Source: Candidatus Multivorans sp. | Lineage (GTDB): Bacteria; Acidobacteriota; Thermoanaerobaculia; Multivoradales; Multivoraceae | Direction of reading: 5' to 3' | Assembly (NCBI GenBank): GCA_965224025.1 | Contig: OZ245033.1 | Location: forward strand, 4,000,001 to 4,064,000 | Length of the DNA stretch: 64,000 bases | Shown: positions 51,324 through 62,655 of the stretch, in pieces | Layout of the letters: every line of letters starts with the position of its first letter | How positions within the stretch are numbered: position 1 is the stretch's first letter | The notes under the pieces: model-generated | Database searches by the model: none | What the model saw: only the letters and a program-made list of their open reading frames with translations | Told to the model about the DNA's origin: nothing | Program-made: the position numbers and the translations under genes

Positions 51324-51497
51324 CTAGATGCTGCAGTCCCACGCGTAGCAGAACTTCAAAAAGATGACACAGCACATGCTCTCGCCACCGCAAGCCGCGT
51401 GCTCGTTCCAGCACCACGCAGCGTCAGCCCGGGGCACACTCAGAGAAGCAGCCGTCAGCACGGCGGCGACGATCAGGGTCAGTTTCTTCTTCTTCAT
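51324..51497 (-). CDS. 57-aa secreted six-cysteine peptide (C-C-CC-C-C, knottin-like)
   Basis: GGGAGGA RBS; MKKKKLTLIVAAVLTAASLSVPRADA-AWCWNEHAACGGESMCCVIFLKFCYAWDCSI*; absent from the ORF track (<60 aa). Confidence 0.8.
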   Translation of the reverse strand: MKKKKLTLIVAAVLTAASLSVPRADAAWCWNEHAACGGESMCCVIFLKFCYAWDCSI

Positions 51498-51530
51498 CTG
51501 TCTTCCTCCCTGTGGTTGGGTTTCTTCCCG

Positions 51531-52109
51531 TCATCGGGACTCATTGGGCCTGGCAGCCCCTTCGACATGTGATCCGAACGAGGTGTTTTCCGACTGCGGA
51601 GAACAGGCCCTGTGCCGGGACCCGCGCTTTGCCATCCGGCTCAACCGGGTGGTGACGGCCAAGCTGTGAACGGACGTCCGACCACCTGCCGTCAATACGT
51701 AGACTGCTCCCGAGCCGCCGACGGCGTAATCGACGGGAAAGAGCAACTCTCCCGAGCCCTGCCCTGCCTGCCCGAACTGACGCAGAATGTCGCCGGACCG
51801 CAATTCGATCTCCAGCAGCCGGTGGTTCATCATGTCGAGAACGAAGACCCGGTTGCCGTGGGGCCCGAAACGCTTGGCACCGTCAAGTTCCAGCGCAGAA
51901 GGCCAAGGCCCTGGTTCATAAGTAGCCCGCAGTACGTCGCGCTCCGAAGTGGCGCCGACCGGCGCGGTTGCCGCAGCGCGGCCCGGAATTCCGCCGCGAT
52001 GAGCCGCATCACCCGCCTTGAGAGCGGTTCCTTCCGAACCGGCGCAGCCCACCACAGCAAGGGCCACGGCGCCGTAAAAGCTGAGCCAACTCCTCCAGCT
52101 ATCGGACAT
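51531..52109 (-). pseudogene. Truncated 6-bladed beta-propeller (NHL-like) lipoprotein
   Basis: Lipobox VVGC; 'VFVLD...RQFGQAGQGSGELLFP.DYAV...VYVL'; too short for a full propeller. Confidence 0.65.
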
Positions 52110-52422
52110 GAGACACCTCAACGGCCCGCTTCAGACTCGAAACGGCCAGGACCTTTCCGCCTTGTCCCATTGTGAGCACCAAGGCCTCGGCCGCGTCGGA
52201 CCGACACTTCGTGAAGTACTCGTCCTCAAGCCCGGCCAACGTGCCCTTGGCCCGCACGCGCAAGCCGCCTGCTGCCGAGAGCACGTCCCGGCCGCGCTGG
52301 TTCGTCTCGACGACGGCGCCGCGCGAATCGAGCAGGAGGAGTCCAACCAGGGACTCATCGACCAGGGCGCCGGCGACTCCGGAAAGGTGGCCATCGCCCG
52401 CCGACGACGCCTGCAACGTCAT
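52099..52422 (-). pseudogene. PAS-like fragment of a LuxR-type regulator
   Basis: 'VGLLLLDSRGAVVETNQRGRDVL..AGGL'; no HTH present. Confidence 0.45.
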
Positions 52423-52459
52423 TGCGCAATCAGCCGGAGAAGAGCTTCCCGCTCGTCCC

Positions 52460-53504
52460 TCACGGACCGATCGAGACCGAGATCACGCCGACTCCGAGGA
52501 CGAGCGAGCACAGCAGGCCTGCGAAACCTCGGCGGTACGGCGGTCGAGCCGCGACAATGGAGCGGATCCTCCCTTCCAGCTTGGAGCGATGCACGATGGA
52601 TAGCGCAGCCACGGCCGGCTGCCGCCCCAGCCCTTCGGCAAGCGCCAGCAGATGCCGGGCGTAGTCCGAAGGCCGCGTGCCCGCCGCGAGCACCGCCTCG
52701 TCGCAGGCTTCCTCGCAACTGGCGGCAGCGAGCCGCGACGCCAGCCAGCTCAAGGGGTGAAACCAGTAGAGCGCCAGAACCGCGCGGCACGCGACGACCC
52801 GGAGCGGGTCGTGCCGGCGCACGTGGACCAGTTCGTGCGTGAGCACGACCCGGCGGCGCTCAGCCGACCAGTTCGCCGCCGCCGCGGGCAGCAGGATGAC
52901 GGGGCGCCTGAACCCGCCGGCCATGGGCGTGCGCACATCCGGACCGATCAGCAGCCGGACGCCCGCGCGAACGCTCAACTCCCGGCGCAGCGACTCCAGG
53001 CCGCCGAGCCAGGCCGAATCCTGGACCGGGCGCGCAGTCGCAACGAGCCGGCGGAAGCGGCCAACGCCCACGATCGTCGCCCGGAACGCCGCGGCGCAAC
53101 CGGCGGCCCACACCAGCAGGAGCAAGAGAGCGAGGCGCCCACCCGCCCAGACGGTCTCGTCGGCCCCTTGCCGGCCAGACGTCAACGGCGGGACGCGTGG
53201 CGAAGCGGCCTCCCGGCTCGGCTCCTCCTCAAGCTGCGACAATGCCGCGACCGTCTCGCCCGTGAAGAATGTCTCGGCCGGCACTGCTGGCAGTAGAGGA
53301 AGCTCCAACGAAGGTCCGATCCAGGTCCGGACGGGTGGGGCGAGCAGCAGCACGAACGCCGTCGTCCACAGATGATGACGGGGCTCCGCGGCGCGGTGCC
53401 GCGCGAGCCACGCCAAGCCGAGTGCCAAACAAGACAACGACCGTGACCCGAACCGCAAGCGCGAGTCCACTCGATATCCAGAAGCCCTCCGGGACTCCGT
53501 TCAT
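52460..53504 (-). pseudogene. BlaR1/MecR1 (M56) peptidase, frameshift near 53430
   Basis: RPVILLP, VLTHELVH, YWFHPL, EEACDEAV, DYARHLL; the RBS and ATG at 53504 are in a different frame. Confidence 0.8.
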
Positions 53505-53535
53505 GGCCCTCCTCCGCCGCCCGGTCGATCAGCGC

Positions 53536-53937
53536 CTAGATGCGTGCCTTCTCTTCCCCACTCAAGTTCCCGTGCTCGAGTTCCAGCAGCGTGGACACGG
53601 CGCCCTCGACCGACCCGCCGAAGAACGTCTTCACGACGTGCTGCAAAGCCGAACGCCGCGCCACGGAGGCCGACACGGTGGAGGAGTAGATGTAGCGCGT
53701 TCCGTCCGATTCCGTTTTCAGTTCCCCCTTCTCCACCAGAATCCGCAACGTCGAGCGCACGGCCGAGTAGCTGGGCGCGTCGGCCATGCGCGCGCGAATC
53801 TGCGCCGCCGGAGCGCGTTGAAGCTCGTGGACGATGTCCATGACTTCTCGCTCCCTCCGACTGAGCCGCGGCCGTTCACTCGCCGCCGTCCCAGCTCCCG
53901 TTTCACCCTCCAGTTTCGTTGCTTCGGGATACGTCAT
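53536..53937 (-). CDS. BlaI/MecI/CopY-family repressor (possibly premature TAG)
   Basis: LSRREREVMD, SYSAVRSTLRILVEKG, TFFGGS; frame continues 'ALIDRAAEEG' past the stop. Confidence 0.85.
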   Translation of the reverse strand: MTYPEATKLEGETGAGTAASERPRLSRREREVMDIVHELQRAPAAQIRARMADAPSYSAVRSTLRILVEKGELKTESDGTRYIYSSTVSASVARRSALQHVVKTFFGGSVEGAVSTLLELEHGNLSGEEKARI

Positions 53938-54043
53938 GCGGTCAGCATAGACGATCGGTGCTGAAATATCAACACGCGCCGGAAGGCCGCGCCGACGGTG
54001 ACGCCCATCGCTCCTGGATGGAGCAGGCCGACAGTGGCGATCG

Positions 54044-54592
54044 TCAAGGCAATGCGAGCGGATCGACGGCCGGGCTCAACCGCCCGACGTCTCCGCCCTG
54101 GCGGCCGCGCAGCAGGTTCAACATGCCGTAGTTCCCCTCGTGGCAGGCGTACTCGAACATCGGCAACGGGTTCCTCGTCATCGGCACGACGGCCGTCCAC
54201 GGTCCGGCGAAAGACCCCGGGTCGTCGATCGTGTACTCGTAGACGAGCCGGTCCTCGGTCAGCTTGTCCCCGTAGTCCCACCAGAACTGGTTGTAGGCAT
54301 TCGCGACGTCCGCCTGGGCGGAAAGGCCGTCGCTCGCGCGCCGGTCCTTGGTTCGCCGCGCCAGCGTCCGCTGCTCGAACTGCGCAGCCTCTTCGCTGCT
54401 GAACCGCTCCCGTTCGCCAAGTTCCTCGGGACGCTCGAGCGGCGTGATCGTCCGGAAGTCCCAGACCCCGCGCAGGTCGGGCGCGCCCCAGGGAGTGCGC
54501 TCCAGCTCGGGCGCGCCCTGCTGCGCGGCGAGGGGCGTCCCAGCCAGCACGACGATGGCGAACACTGCGACCGGCGCCTTGCGCTTGCCCAT
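54044..54592 (-). pseudogene. Internally deleted paralog of 23560-24660
   Basis: RTPWGAPDLRGVW...YNQFWWD joined to YEYTIDDP...EYACHEGNY. Confidence 0.72.
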
Positions 54593-54623
54593 GCGAGTCC
54601 CTCCCTGCTGTGATGGAAGCAGT

Positions 54624-55949
54624 CTAGCGCCCCGTCTCTCGCTCGCCCGTCAACAGGGATCGGTCCGGCGGCCGGCAGAACCAGATCGACGCCGCGCCCA
54701 GGACGGCCAGGGCGGCGAGGGTCCAGAGCGTGCTGGCATAGGAACCCGTTCGATCCGCCGCGGCGCCGGCCAGGGCCGGTCCGAGAGCGCCGATGACGCC
54801 GATCAGGGCGAGCCGGACGCCGGTCGTGCCGACGAACGCCGCCCGCCCGAAGAACCAGCCGAACACGACGACTTCGCTCGTGTAGGCAAGACCGTAGCCA
54901 AGGCCGATCGCGAAGACGACGGGATACGCCACCGCCGCGGAGGTCGCCGACACGAAGACCGACAGACCGACCGCGGAGAGCAGCAGGGCCAGCGCGAGGA
55001 CGCGCGTCGGCGCCATGAAGTCCCCAAGCGAGCCGCTCAGCCGGCCGAACAGGCTGGAGCCGACCCGCACGCCCAGGATGGTCGATGCGGCAAGCGTGGT
55101 GAAGCCGAGATCCTCCAGATGAAGGCCGCCGTGGGCGGTTACGACTCGCCACGGCACGGTGTTCGCCGCCGTCGCGAAGGTGGCTATCCAGAACTGGGGA
55201 GTGCGCAGAGCGCGCAGCACGACGCCCTTCGGCACCGACTTGCCGGCCGCTTCGGCGCCGCTTCCCGCCAACCCTGCCCCCGCCCGACGACCCGGCTCGT
55301 CGGGGTCCGGACCGCCAGCCTCGACAGGCGGCAGTCCGTCGCGACGCTGGCCCATATCGCTCGGCTGGTTGCGGATGCAGAGCACGGCGACCGCCGCGAC
55401 GAACAGGGAGATCCCGGCGACGATCTGCCAGCCGACCCGCCAGTCCCACGACTTGAGCACGAGGCCTGCCGCCGGCGACCACAGGAAGCCGACGATCGCG
55501 GCGCCCGACAGGATGACCGCCGTCGCCCGCGCCCGATACCTGCGGAACCAGAAGACCGGCATCGCCTGGGCGGGCAGCAGGGTCGAGAAGCCGATCCCGA
55601 TACCGCCGACGAGCGAGTAGCCGACGTAGAGCTCGGCCGCGCTCTCCGCCTGGCTCACCAGCCAGAAGCCGCTGGCGGCGCACAGCGCGCCCGCGGTCAC
55701 CGTGGCCCGGATGCCCCAACGGCGGATGACCGCCGCCGCGACCGGACTGACCAGGCCGTAGGTGAACGTGAACGCCCCGAACATCTGGCCGATCTGCTGG
55801 CGGGTCAGCTCCAGATCGGCGATCAGCGACGACGCGAAGATGCCCAGGCCGTAGTACGCCGGAGCGATACCCAAGCCGTAGGTCAGGAAACCCACGGCGA
55901 CCATCGGCCAGCCGTAGAACCTCCGTCGCGATCCGGGCGAAACGGTCAA
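54624..55949 (-). CDS. MFS transporter
   Basis: RRFYGW start; about 12 TM helices; WFRRYRARA. Confidence 0.85.
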   Translation of the reverse strand: MTVSPGSRRRFYGWPMVAVGFLTYGLGIAPAYYGLGIFASSLIADLELTRQQIGQMFGAFTFTYGLVSPVAAAVIRRWGIRATVTAGALCAASGFWLVSQAESAAELYVGYSLVGGIGIGFSTLLPAQAMPVFWFRRYRARATAVILSGAAIVGFLWSPAAGLVLKSWDWRVGWQIVAGISLFVAAVAVLCIRNQPSDMGQRRDGLPPVEAGGPDPDEPGRRAGAGLAGSGAEAAGKSVPKGVVLRALRTPQFWIATFATAANTVPWRVVTAHGGLHLEDLGFTTLAASTILGVRVGSSLFGRLSGSLGDFMAPTRVLALALLLSAVGLSVFVSATSAAVAYPVVFAIGLGYGLAYTSEVVVFGWFFGRAAFVGTTGVRLALIGVIGALGPALAGAAADRTGSYASTLWTLAALAVLGAASIWFCRPPDRSLLTGERETGR

Positions 55950-57058
55950 ACCGCCAGGTCCCCGGCCTGGCCGGCGCCGCCGGCGGGCGGCGACGAATCA
56001 GGGTACAGGTGGCAGGCGACCCGCGCCGGGCCAACCGCTTCGAGCAGGGGCTCCACGCGGTCGCAGCGGCCGAGCGCCTTCGGGCAGCGCGGGTGGAAGC
56101 GGCAGCCGGACGGCGGGTTGCGGACGCTCGGCACTTCGCCGGCGATCAGATGGTGCGCCCTCGCCGCCTCGACCACGGGATCCGGCGTCGGCACGGAGGC
56201 CAGGAGAGCCTCGGTGTACGGATGTCTCGGCCGCTCGAACAACTCGTCGCGCGCGGCGATCTCGACGATCCGACCGAGGTACATCACCCCGATCCGGTCG
56301 CTGATGTGGCGCACGACCGACAGGTCGTGGGCGATAAACAGGTACGTCAGCCCCAGCTTCGCCTGGAGGTCCATCAGCAGGTTGAGCACCTGCGCCTGAA
56401 TCGAAACGTCGAGCGCCGACACCGCCTCGTCGCAGATCAGCAGATCGGGCTCGAGCGCCAGAGCCCGGGCGATGCCGATCCGCTGGCGCTGACCGCCGGA
56501 GAACTGGTGAGGGTAGCGGTCGGCCATCGACGGCAACAGGCCGACCAGGTCGAGCAGCTCCGCGACCCGCTCCCGGAAGCGGCGGCGGCTGCCCGCCACG
56601 CCGTGGACCTTGAGCGGTTCGCCGACGATCTCCCGGACCCGCATGCGTGGATTGAGCGACCCGAACGGATCCTGGAAGACCATCTGCATCCGCCGGCGAA
56701 GCGGCCGCAGCCGGCTCTGGCTGGCTTGCGAGATGTCCTCGCCGTCGAAGACGATGCGGCCGGCCGTCGGCTCCAGCATGCGCAGGATCGCCAGCGCCGT
56801 CGTCGACTTGCCGCAACCGCTTTCCCCCACCAGGCCGAAGGTCTCGCCGCGCCCGAGATCGAAGGACACACCGTCGACCGCCTTGACGGAGCCCACGCGG
56901 CGCCGCATGAGCACGCCTTCGGTGACCGGGAAGTGGACCTTGAGATCCTCAACACGAAGCAGGACCCCCTGGCCGGAGAACGCTGCCGCCCGGTCCTCGA
57001 CACCTCCGACGGCCGTCGCGACCTTCTCGCCCGCCGGAACCGGCCCCCCGCCGGTCAA
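55946..57058 (-). CDS. Peptide/nickel ABC transporter ATPase (OppF/DppF-like)
   Basis: [24 protein letters not shown]. Confidence 0.92.
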   Translation of the reverse strand: MTGGGPVPAGEKVATAVGGVEDRAAAFSGQGVLLRVEDLKVHFPVTEGVLMRRRVGSVKAVDGVSFDLGRGETFGLVGESGCGKSTTALAILRMLEPTAGRIVFDGEDISQASQSRLRPLRRRMQMVFQDPFGSLNPRMRVREIVGEPLKVHGVAGSRRRFRERVAELLDLVGLLPSMADRYPHQFSGGQRQRIGIARALALEPDLLICDEAVSALDVSIQAQVLNLLMDLQAKLGLTYLFIAHDLSVVRHISDRIGVMYLGRIVEIAARDELFERPRHPYTEALLASVPTPDPVVEAARAHHLIAGEVPSVRNPPSGCRFHPRCPKALGRCDRVEPLLEAVGPARVACHLYPDSSPPAGGAGQAGDLAV

Positions 57059-58047
57059 GACGCCGCTTCCCCTTCGTAGCCGTAGCAGGCCCAGGCCCGC
57101 GCGCCGGCGCCGGTTTCGAACGACGGCGGCGCCAGCAGGCACCGATCGTGCGTGTACGGACAGCGCGGCGCGAAAGCGCATCCCGCGGGCAGCGCGGCGA
57201 GATCGGGCGGCTGGCCCTCGATCGAGTCGAGGCGACCGCCGCACTCACCCTCGAGCCGTGGCACGGACCGCAGCAGTGCCTGTGTATAGGGGTGGCGCGG
57301 GTCGGCATAGAGGGCTGCCGCGGGCCCGCTCTCCACGATCCGGCCGCCGTACATGACCGCCACCCGGTCGGCATAGCGCGCGACCACGCCGAGGTCGTGG
57401 GTGATCAGGATGAGCGCCGAATCCGCCTCCCGGGTCCGCTCCTTGAGCAGTTCCAGGATCTGCGCCTGCACCGTCACGTCGAGCGCGGTCGTCGGCTCGT
57501 CGGCGATCAGCAGCCGCGGATGGCAGGCGAGCGCCATCGCGATCATCACCCGCTGGCGCATGCCGCCCGAGAACTGGTGGGGATAGTCGCCGAGCCGCTT
57601 CCCGGCATCGGGAATGGCCACCGACTCGAGGTGTTCCACCGCCTGCTCGAGCGCCTCCCTCCGGCTGAGCCCGCGGTGCAGCCTCAGGGGCTCGGCGACC
57701 TGCCGGCCGATCGTCAGCACCGGATTGAGCGATGACATCGGCTCCTGGAAGATCATCGCGATGCGGTTGCCTCGCACCGACCGGATGCCGGCATCGTCGA
57801 GCGCCAGAAGGTCCTGGCCCTCGAACAGGATTCTGCCGTTCTCGATCCGTCCCGGGTCGGGAATCAGCCGCAGGATGGAAAGCGCCGTGACGCTCTTCCC
57901 CGACCCGCTTTCGCCGACGATCGCCAGCGTCTCGCCCGGCGCGACATCGAGCGACAGCGACGTCACCGCCCTGACCTTCGGCCGGTCGCCGAACCCGCCG
58001 CGGAAGGTGACGTCCAGATCCTCGATCCGGAGCAGAGGTTCCGTCAC
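57055..58047 (-). CDS. Peptide/nickel ABC transporter ATPase (OppD/DppD-like)
   Basis: [24 protein letters not shown]. Confidence 0.93.
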   Translation of the reverse strand: MTEPLLRIEDLDVTFRGGFGDRPKVRAVTSLSLDVAPGETLAIVGESGSGKSVTALSILRLIPDPGRIENGRILFEGQDLLALDDAGIRSVRGNRIAMIFQEPMSSLNPVLTIGRQVAEPLRLHRGLSRREALEQAVEHLESVAIPDAGKRLGDYPHQFSGGMRQRVMIAMALACHPRLLIADEPTTALDVTVQAQILELLKERTREADSALILITHDLGVVARYADRVAVMYGGRIVESGPAAALYADPRHPYTQALLRSVPRLEGECGGRLDSIEGQPPDLAALPAGCAFAPRCPYTHDRCLLAPPSFETGAGARAWACYGYEGEAAS

Positions 58048-58100
58048 GACGGGTCAGGCGCCTCCGCCGGCGGCAAGCCGCCCACGGCTCCCCGCTGCCA

Positions 58101-59870
58101 TCAGAAGCCCATCTCCCGCTTCAGCTCCTGATCGATCCAGAGCCGCGCGTAGATCGGACCCGGACGCACGGCCCCGGCCCGCAGCTCTCCGGCGTAGTTC
58201 TTCACCCACGGCCACCAGGCCGTGTAGATGTAGGGCACCGGCAACCAGAGGTAGGGCGCCTCGTCCAGCATCTCCTTCGTGATCTGCTTGATGATCTGCT
58301 GACGTTCGACTTCGTCCCGGGTCAGGAACATCTCGTGGATCCGGCGGTCGAGGTCCGGGTCCGACCACATCGACGGATTCCAGGTCTGTCCGGTGACGAA
58401 GTTCTTGCGCAGCGTGGTCGTCGGATTCACGTGGCCGCTGGCCATCAGGTAACCCGGGCCGTGGGTGCGGGTGGTCATCATGGACAGGTAGGCTGCGTAC
58501 TCCATGACCTCGATCTCGATCGTCACGCCGATCCGGTCCAGGTAGCTGGCAAGCAGCGGCGCCAGCTCCATCCGCATCGCGTTGTTGGCCGACACCTGCA
58601 TCCTGAACGTGAAGCCGTCGGGGTAGCCCGCCTCGGCTAGCAGGCGGCGCGCCTTCTCGGGCTTGTACTCGAACAGTTCCTGCACCGACGGCGGCATCGC
58701 CTCGAGCGGCTCGAAGTAGCCCTCGAACGCGGGGTGCTGCGGATAGGCGAACAGCTCGGCGTTGCCGCCGAAGAACAGGTCGACGATCTCGCGCTGGTTC
58801 ACCGCCAGGTTCATCGCCCGCCGGACTCTCCGGTCGTCGAACGGCGCCTGGTCGACCCGCATGACCATGAAGGTGCCGACGGTCGACAGCCACCGCGACC
58901 AGCGCAGTTCAGGCGTCGTCTTCTGCAGGTGATCGACGGCGATCCAGCGGATGTACTCGAGGATGTCCAGCTTGCCCGTGCGAATGGCGGTCAGGTAGGT
59001 CGCCTCGTCCTTGATCGTGCGGTACGTGAGTTCGTCAATGAAGGGGATCTCGTAGCTCTTCCCGCCGATCGTCGTCCGGTCCCAGTAGTCCGGCCGGCGG
59101 ACGTAGGTCTGCGAGTTACCGGGAATGAACCGTTCCAGCGTGAAGGGACCGGACCCCGTGAGGTTGCGCCAGTCCTTCGGGTCCACCTCGCCGAGTTCGC
59201 GCGGCACGATGCCGGAGAAGTAGCCGTAGCCGAACCGGTAGTCCCACTCGGCGTTGAACTCGCCGAACTCGAAGACCACCGTGTGGTCGTCGCGAGCCAC
59301 CACGCGGTCGATGTGATCGAAGTAAGTCGGGATCGCCTTCGGACTGTCGCGCAGGCGCTCGAAGCTGAAGACGACATCGTGGGCGTCGAACTCCCGCGAC
59401 CTCATGACGCCCGGCTTGTCCGGGAACATCACGCCCCGCCGAAGCCGGATCGCCAGCGTCAACGGATCTTCCCATTCCCAGCTCTCGGCCAGCTCGCCGC
59501 GGATGACCTCGGGGGACAGGTACGCCTCCGAAACGAATCGCTGGTCACCGCCCCGGACCGCCGCCTGGTCGAGGTCGCCGACGAAGAGCTGTTCGTAGAA
59601 CATCCCGGTGTCGTGGTTCTGCTTCCAGTTCCAGTCCGTCGTGTCCCACGACAGCGCCGACAGCGTCACGTAGACCGTGCCCACGTTCAACTCGCCGCCG
59701 TACCGCGGGACCTCGGGCGCGAGACGATCCGGCATCAGGCCGCCGTTGCCCATGTCCGTGCCGGAAGCCGTCGTGTGACGGCGGTCCGGTCCGTCGAGAC
59801 ACCCACTCAGGAGCAGCGCGAGAACCCCGGCAGCGACCCACCCTCCTGTTCCCGGCCCGGAATGCCCCAT
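58101..59870 (-). CDS. Family 5 ABC substrate-binding lipoprotein
   Basis: LLLSGC lipobox; LAESWE, GSGPF, DRRVRRAM, LLAEAGYPDGF. Confidence 0.9.
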   Translation of the reverse strand: MGHSGPGTGGWVAAGVLALLLSGCLDGPDRRHTTASGTDMGNGGLMPDRLAPEVPRYGGELNVGTVYVTLSALSWDTTDWNWKQNHDTGMFYEQLFVGDLDQAAVRGGDQRFVSEAYLSPEVIRGELAESWEWEDPLTLAIRLRRGVMFPDKPGVMRSREFDAHDVVFSFERLRDSPKAIPTYFDHIDRVVARDDHTVVFEFGEFNAEWDYRFGYGYFSGIVPRELGEVDPKDWRNLTGSGPFTLERFIPGNSQTYVRRPDYWDRTTIGGKSYEIPFIDELTYRTIKDEATYLTAIRTGKLDILEYIRWIAVDHLQKTTPELRWSRWLSTVGTFMVMRVDQAPFDDRRVRRAMNLAVNQREIVDLFFGGNAELFAYPQHPAFEGYFEPLEAMPPSVQELFEYKPEKARRLLAEAGYPDGFTFRMQVSANNAMRMELAPLLASYLDRIGVTIEIEVMEYAAYLSMMTTRTHGPGYLMASGHVNPTTTLRKNFVTGQTWNPSMWSDPDLDRRIHEMFLTRDEVERQQIIKQITKEMLDEAPYLWLPVPYIYTAWWPWVKNYAGELRAGAVRPGPIYARLWIDQELKREMGF

Positions 59871-59875
59871 GATGC

Positions 59876-60772
59876 TCAAGTTCCTCTCATTCTCGGATCC
59901 AGCAGATCGCGCAACGCATCCCCGAAGACGTTCGCCGAGTAGACCACCACGGTCAGGCAGATGCCCGGCGCCAGCGCCAGCCACGGCCCCAGGTAGAGGT
60001 AGGTACGGCCATCACCGCTCAGCATGCCGCCCCAGGTCGGCGCCGGCGGCGGCACGCCCAGACCCAGAAACGAAAGCGCCGCCTCCGACAGGATGACGGC
60101 GCCGACGCGGGTCGTGAACAGCACGATGACGACCGGCATCACGTTCGGCAGGATGTGCCGGCGAAGGATGTGGAAGGTGCCGGCGCCGATCGACTGCGCG
60201 GCGTGCGTATAGACGTGCTCCCGCACCGAGGTCACCGCGCCGCGCACGATCCGCGATCCGGCGATGCCGTAGAGCAGACCCAGAATGATGACGATCTGGG
60301 TGATTCCCGGACCGACCACGGACACGATGACGATCAGGAGCACCAGGTCCGGGAAGGTCATCCAGGCGTCGACCATGCGCTGCGTCAGCATGTCGAACCA
60401 GCCGCCGAGGTAGCCCGACAGCACGCCGATCACGATCGACACCACGGTGGCCAGGGCGGCGGCGCAGAAACCGACGATCATCGACAGGCGAGCACCCATC
60501 AGGACCCGCGAGAAGAGGTCCCGGCCGAGGTGGTCCGTGCCGAGCAGGAACTGCGGGGACGGCGGCTCCAGGCGATGCGCTAGGTCGGTCTCGTTGATGC
60601 CGTAGGGCGCGAGCACGCCGGCGAAGATTCCGCTCAGCAGGAAGATCACGAAGACCACGGCGCCGGCGGCTCCCAGCGGTTTGGTCCGGAACAGGCGGAC
60701 CGTGAAGCGCCACCACCGCGACTGGCCACGCTCCGGCGGGGCGTCGGTTCCGGCTGCGGCAACACTGGTCAT
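59876..60772 (-). CDS. ABC permease (OppC/DppC-like)
   Basis: LGTDHLGRD, EAALSFLGLG, GDALRDLLDPR. Confidence 0.93.
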   Translation of the reverse strand: MTSVAAAGTDAPPERGQSRWWRFTVRLFRTKPLGAAGAVVFVIFLLSGIFAGVLAPYGINETDLAHRLEPPSPQFLLGTDHLGRDLFSRVLMGARLSMIVGFCAAALATVVSIVIGVLSGYLGGWFDMLTQRMVDAWMTFPDLVLLIVIVSVVGPGITQIVIILGLLYGIAGSRIVRGAVTSVREHVYTHAAQSIGAGTFHILRRHILPNVMPVVIVLFTTRVGAVILSEAALSFLGLGVPPPAPTWGGMLSGDGRTYLYLGPWLALAPGICLTVVVYSANVFGDALRDLLDPRMRGT

Positions 60773-60779
60773 GCCGCGC

Positions 60780-61730
60780 TCATCCGTACCGCACCTTCGG
60801 ATCGAGCCAGCCGTAGCTCAGGTCGACCAGCAGGTTGATCAGGAGCACCGCGACGCCGACGACCAGGAAGACACCGGAGATCACCGGGTAGTCCCGCTCG
60901 TAGACGCCCTCAAGCAACAGCAGCCCCATGCCGGGGATGACGAAGATCTGCTCCATCACGACGGTGCCGCCGATCAGTAGCGGCGCCTGCAGGCCGATCA
61001 ACGTGACCACCGGAATCAGCCCGTTCTTCAGCGCGTGCTGGACGACGACCGCCCGCTCCCTCAGACCCTTGGCCCGCGCGGTGCGCACATAGTCCTGGCG
61101 CATCACCTCGAGCATCATCGTCCGCGTCATCCGCATGGTGACCGCCGACATCGACAGTCCGAGCAGGATCGCCGGCACGATCAGGTGGGTCAGGTTCGCG
61201 ATCGGGTCAACGAGAAACGGCGTGTACTCGAGTTCCGGCGCCCATCGCCACCAGACGGACGGAAAGACCATGACCAGGGTGCCGAGCCAGAACCCGGGGA
61301 TGGCCAGCATGACGAGCGAGAACGAACGGGCCGTGTAGTCGAGGGTGGAGTCCTGCCGGGTGGCCGAGAAGATGCCGATCGGCACGGCCACGGACAACGC
61401 GACGACCATTGCCAGCAGGCCCAGCTCGAACGTCACCGGCAACCGTTCCACGATTTGCTCCGTCACCGGCGTGCTGCGCCAGAGCGACTGGCCGAGATCT
61501 CCCTGCAGCGCGCTGCCCGCCCAGCGAACGTACTGCGAGGCCATCGGCTGATCGAGCCCCATCGCCGCCTCGAGGGCCTCCCGATCGAGGGAGGTCGAGA
61601 CATCGTTCTGCGCCAGCATCAGGTCGATCACGTCGCCGGGAATGACCCGCATCGACACGAAGACGATCAGGCTGGCGAAGAACAGGGTCGGCGCCATCGC
61701 CAGCAGACGCCGCAGGATGTATGTCTTCAT
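60780..61730 (-). CDS. ABC permease (OppB/DppB-like)
   Basis: YILRRL, GDLGQS, DYVRTARAKGL, LDPKVR. Confidence 0.93.
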   Translation of the reverse strand: MKTYILRRLLAMAPTLFFASLIVFVSMRVIPGDVIDLMLAQNDVSTSLDREALEAAMGLDQPMASQYVRWAGSALQGDLGQSLWRSTPVTEQIVERLPVTFELGLLAMVVALSVAVPIGIFSATRQDSTLDYTARSFSLVMLAIPGFWLGTLVMVFPSVWWRWAPELEYTPFLVDPIANLTHLIVPAILLGLSMSAVTMRMTRTMMLEVMRQDYVRTARAKGLRERAVVVQHALKNGLIPVVTLIGLQAPLLIGGTVVMEQIFVIPGMGLLLLEGVYERDYPVISGVFLVVGVAVLLINLLVDLSYGWLDPKVRYG

Positions 61731-61821
61731 GGGAAGGTGTCAGAGAATACAGGCGCGCGAACCTCATGGGGACACCGGCGTCCCCGAAGAACGACGCTCT
61801 CAAGCCAACCTGCCCTGATCG

Positions 61822-62574
61822 ATGCTCCCGGCAGCCATCCTTCTGACCGTCCTCGCGACGGCGATCATCTCCGGCGTGCTCGGGATGGCCGGCGGCCTGA
61901 TGCTGATGGCAGTGCTGGCGAGCATCCTGCCGGTGACCGCAGCCATGATCCTGCACGGTGCCGTGCAGGCGGCTTCGAACGGCGCGCGATTCCTGTTTCT
62001 GCGGGACCGCATGATGTGGGGCGTCCTGCCCTGGTACGGTGCCGGCGCCGCCCTCTCGGTGCTCGTCTTCGTCTCGCTCGTGGTCGTTCCCGACCCGGCG
62101 CTGGTGCTGATCCTGGTCGGCAGCTTTCCGTGGCTCGCCAGGCTACTTCCGACGCTACGGGGGCTGGACGTGCGCAACCCCAGGACTGCCACCGCCTGCG
62201 GCGCCGCGGTGACCGCGGCGCAGCTCCTGGCCGGCGCTTCCGGGCCCCTGCTGGACGCCTTCTACCTCGAGACGAACGTGGATCGGCGCACGATCGTCGC
62301 CACGAAGGCGTTCACCCAGACCGTCGGCCATCTGCTGAAGATCGGCTACTACGTCTGGGTCTCGCGCACTCTGCTCACGGAGCTGCCCGGAAGAGTGCCC
62401 GCGCCCTGGCTGATCGCCGGAGGCATGGTCCTCGCGATCGCCGGCGCCCGCATCGGCATCCTCCTTCTCGCCCGGCTCGACGACCGGCAGTTCCGGCGTG
62501 TCACGGGACCGGTCATCCTGGCCCTGGGAGCGGTGTGCGTGGTGCAGGGCGTACGCGAACTGTTGGCCGGCTAG
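61822..62574 (+). CDS. TauE/SafE (TSUP) family membrane protein
   Basis: ISGVLGMAGG, GASGPL, IVATKA. Confidence 0.8.
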   Translation: MLPAAILLTVLATAIISGVLGMAGGLMLMAVLASILPVTAAMILHGAVQAASNGARFLFLRDRMMWGVLPWYGAGAALSVLVFVSLVVVPDPALVLILVGSFPWLARLLPTLRGLDVRNPRTATACGAAVTAAQLLAGASGPLLDAFYLETNVDRRTIVATKAFTQTVGHLLKIGYYVWVSRTLLTELPGRVPAPWLIAGGMVLAIAGARIGILLLARLDDRQFRRVTGPVILALGAVCVVQGVRELLAG

Positions 62575-62625
62575 GCGGCTGCGCTGCGCGCGCAGCGCTG
62601 ACTCGCAGGAAACGGCGCGGCGTCC

Positions 62626-62655
62626 GGATGAGGGCGAGACGCCCGCGTTCCCAGG
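62626..62655. repeat. Degenerate REP-like palindrome copy
   Basis: GGATGAGGGCGAGACGCCCGCGTTCCCAGG. Confidence 0.65.
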
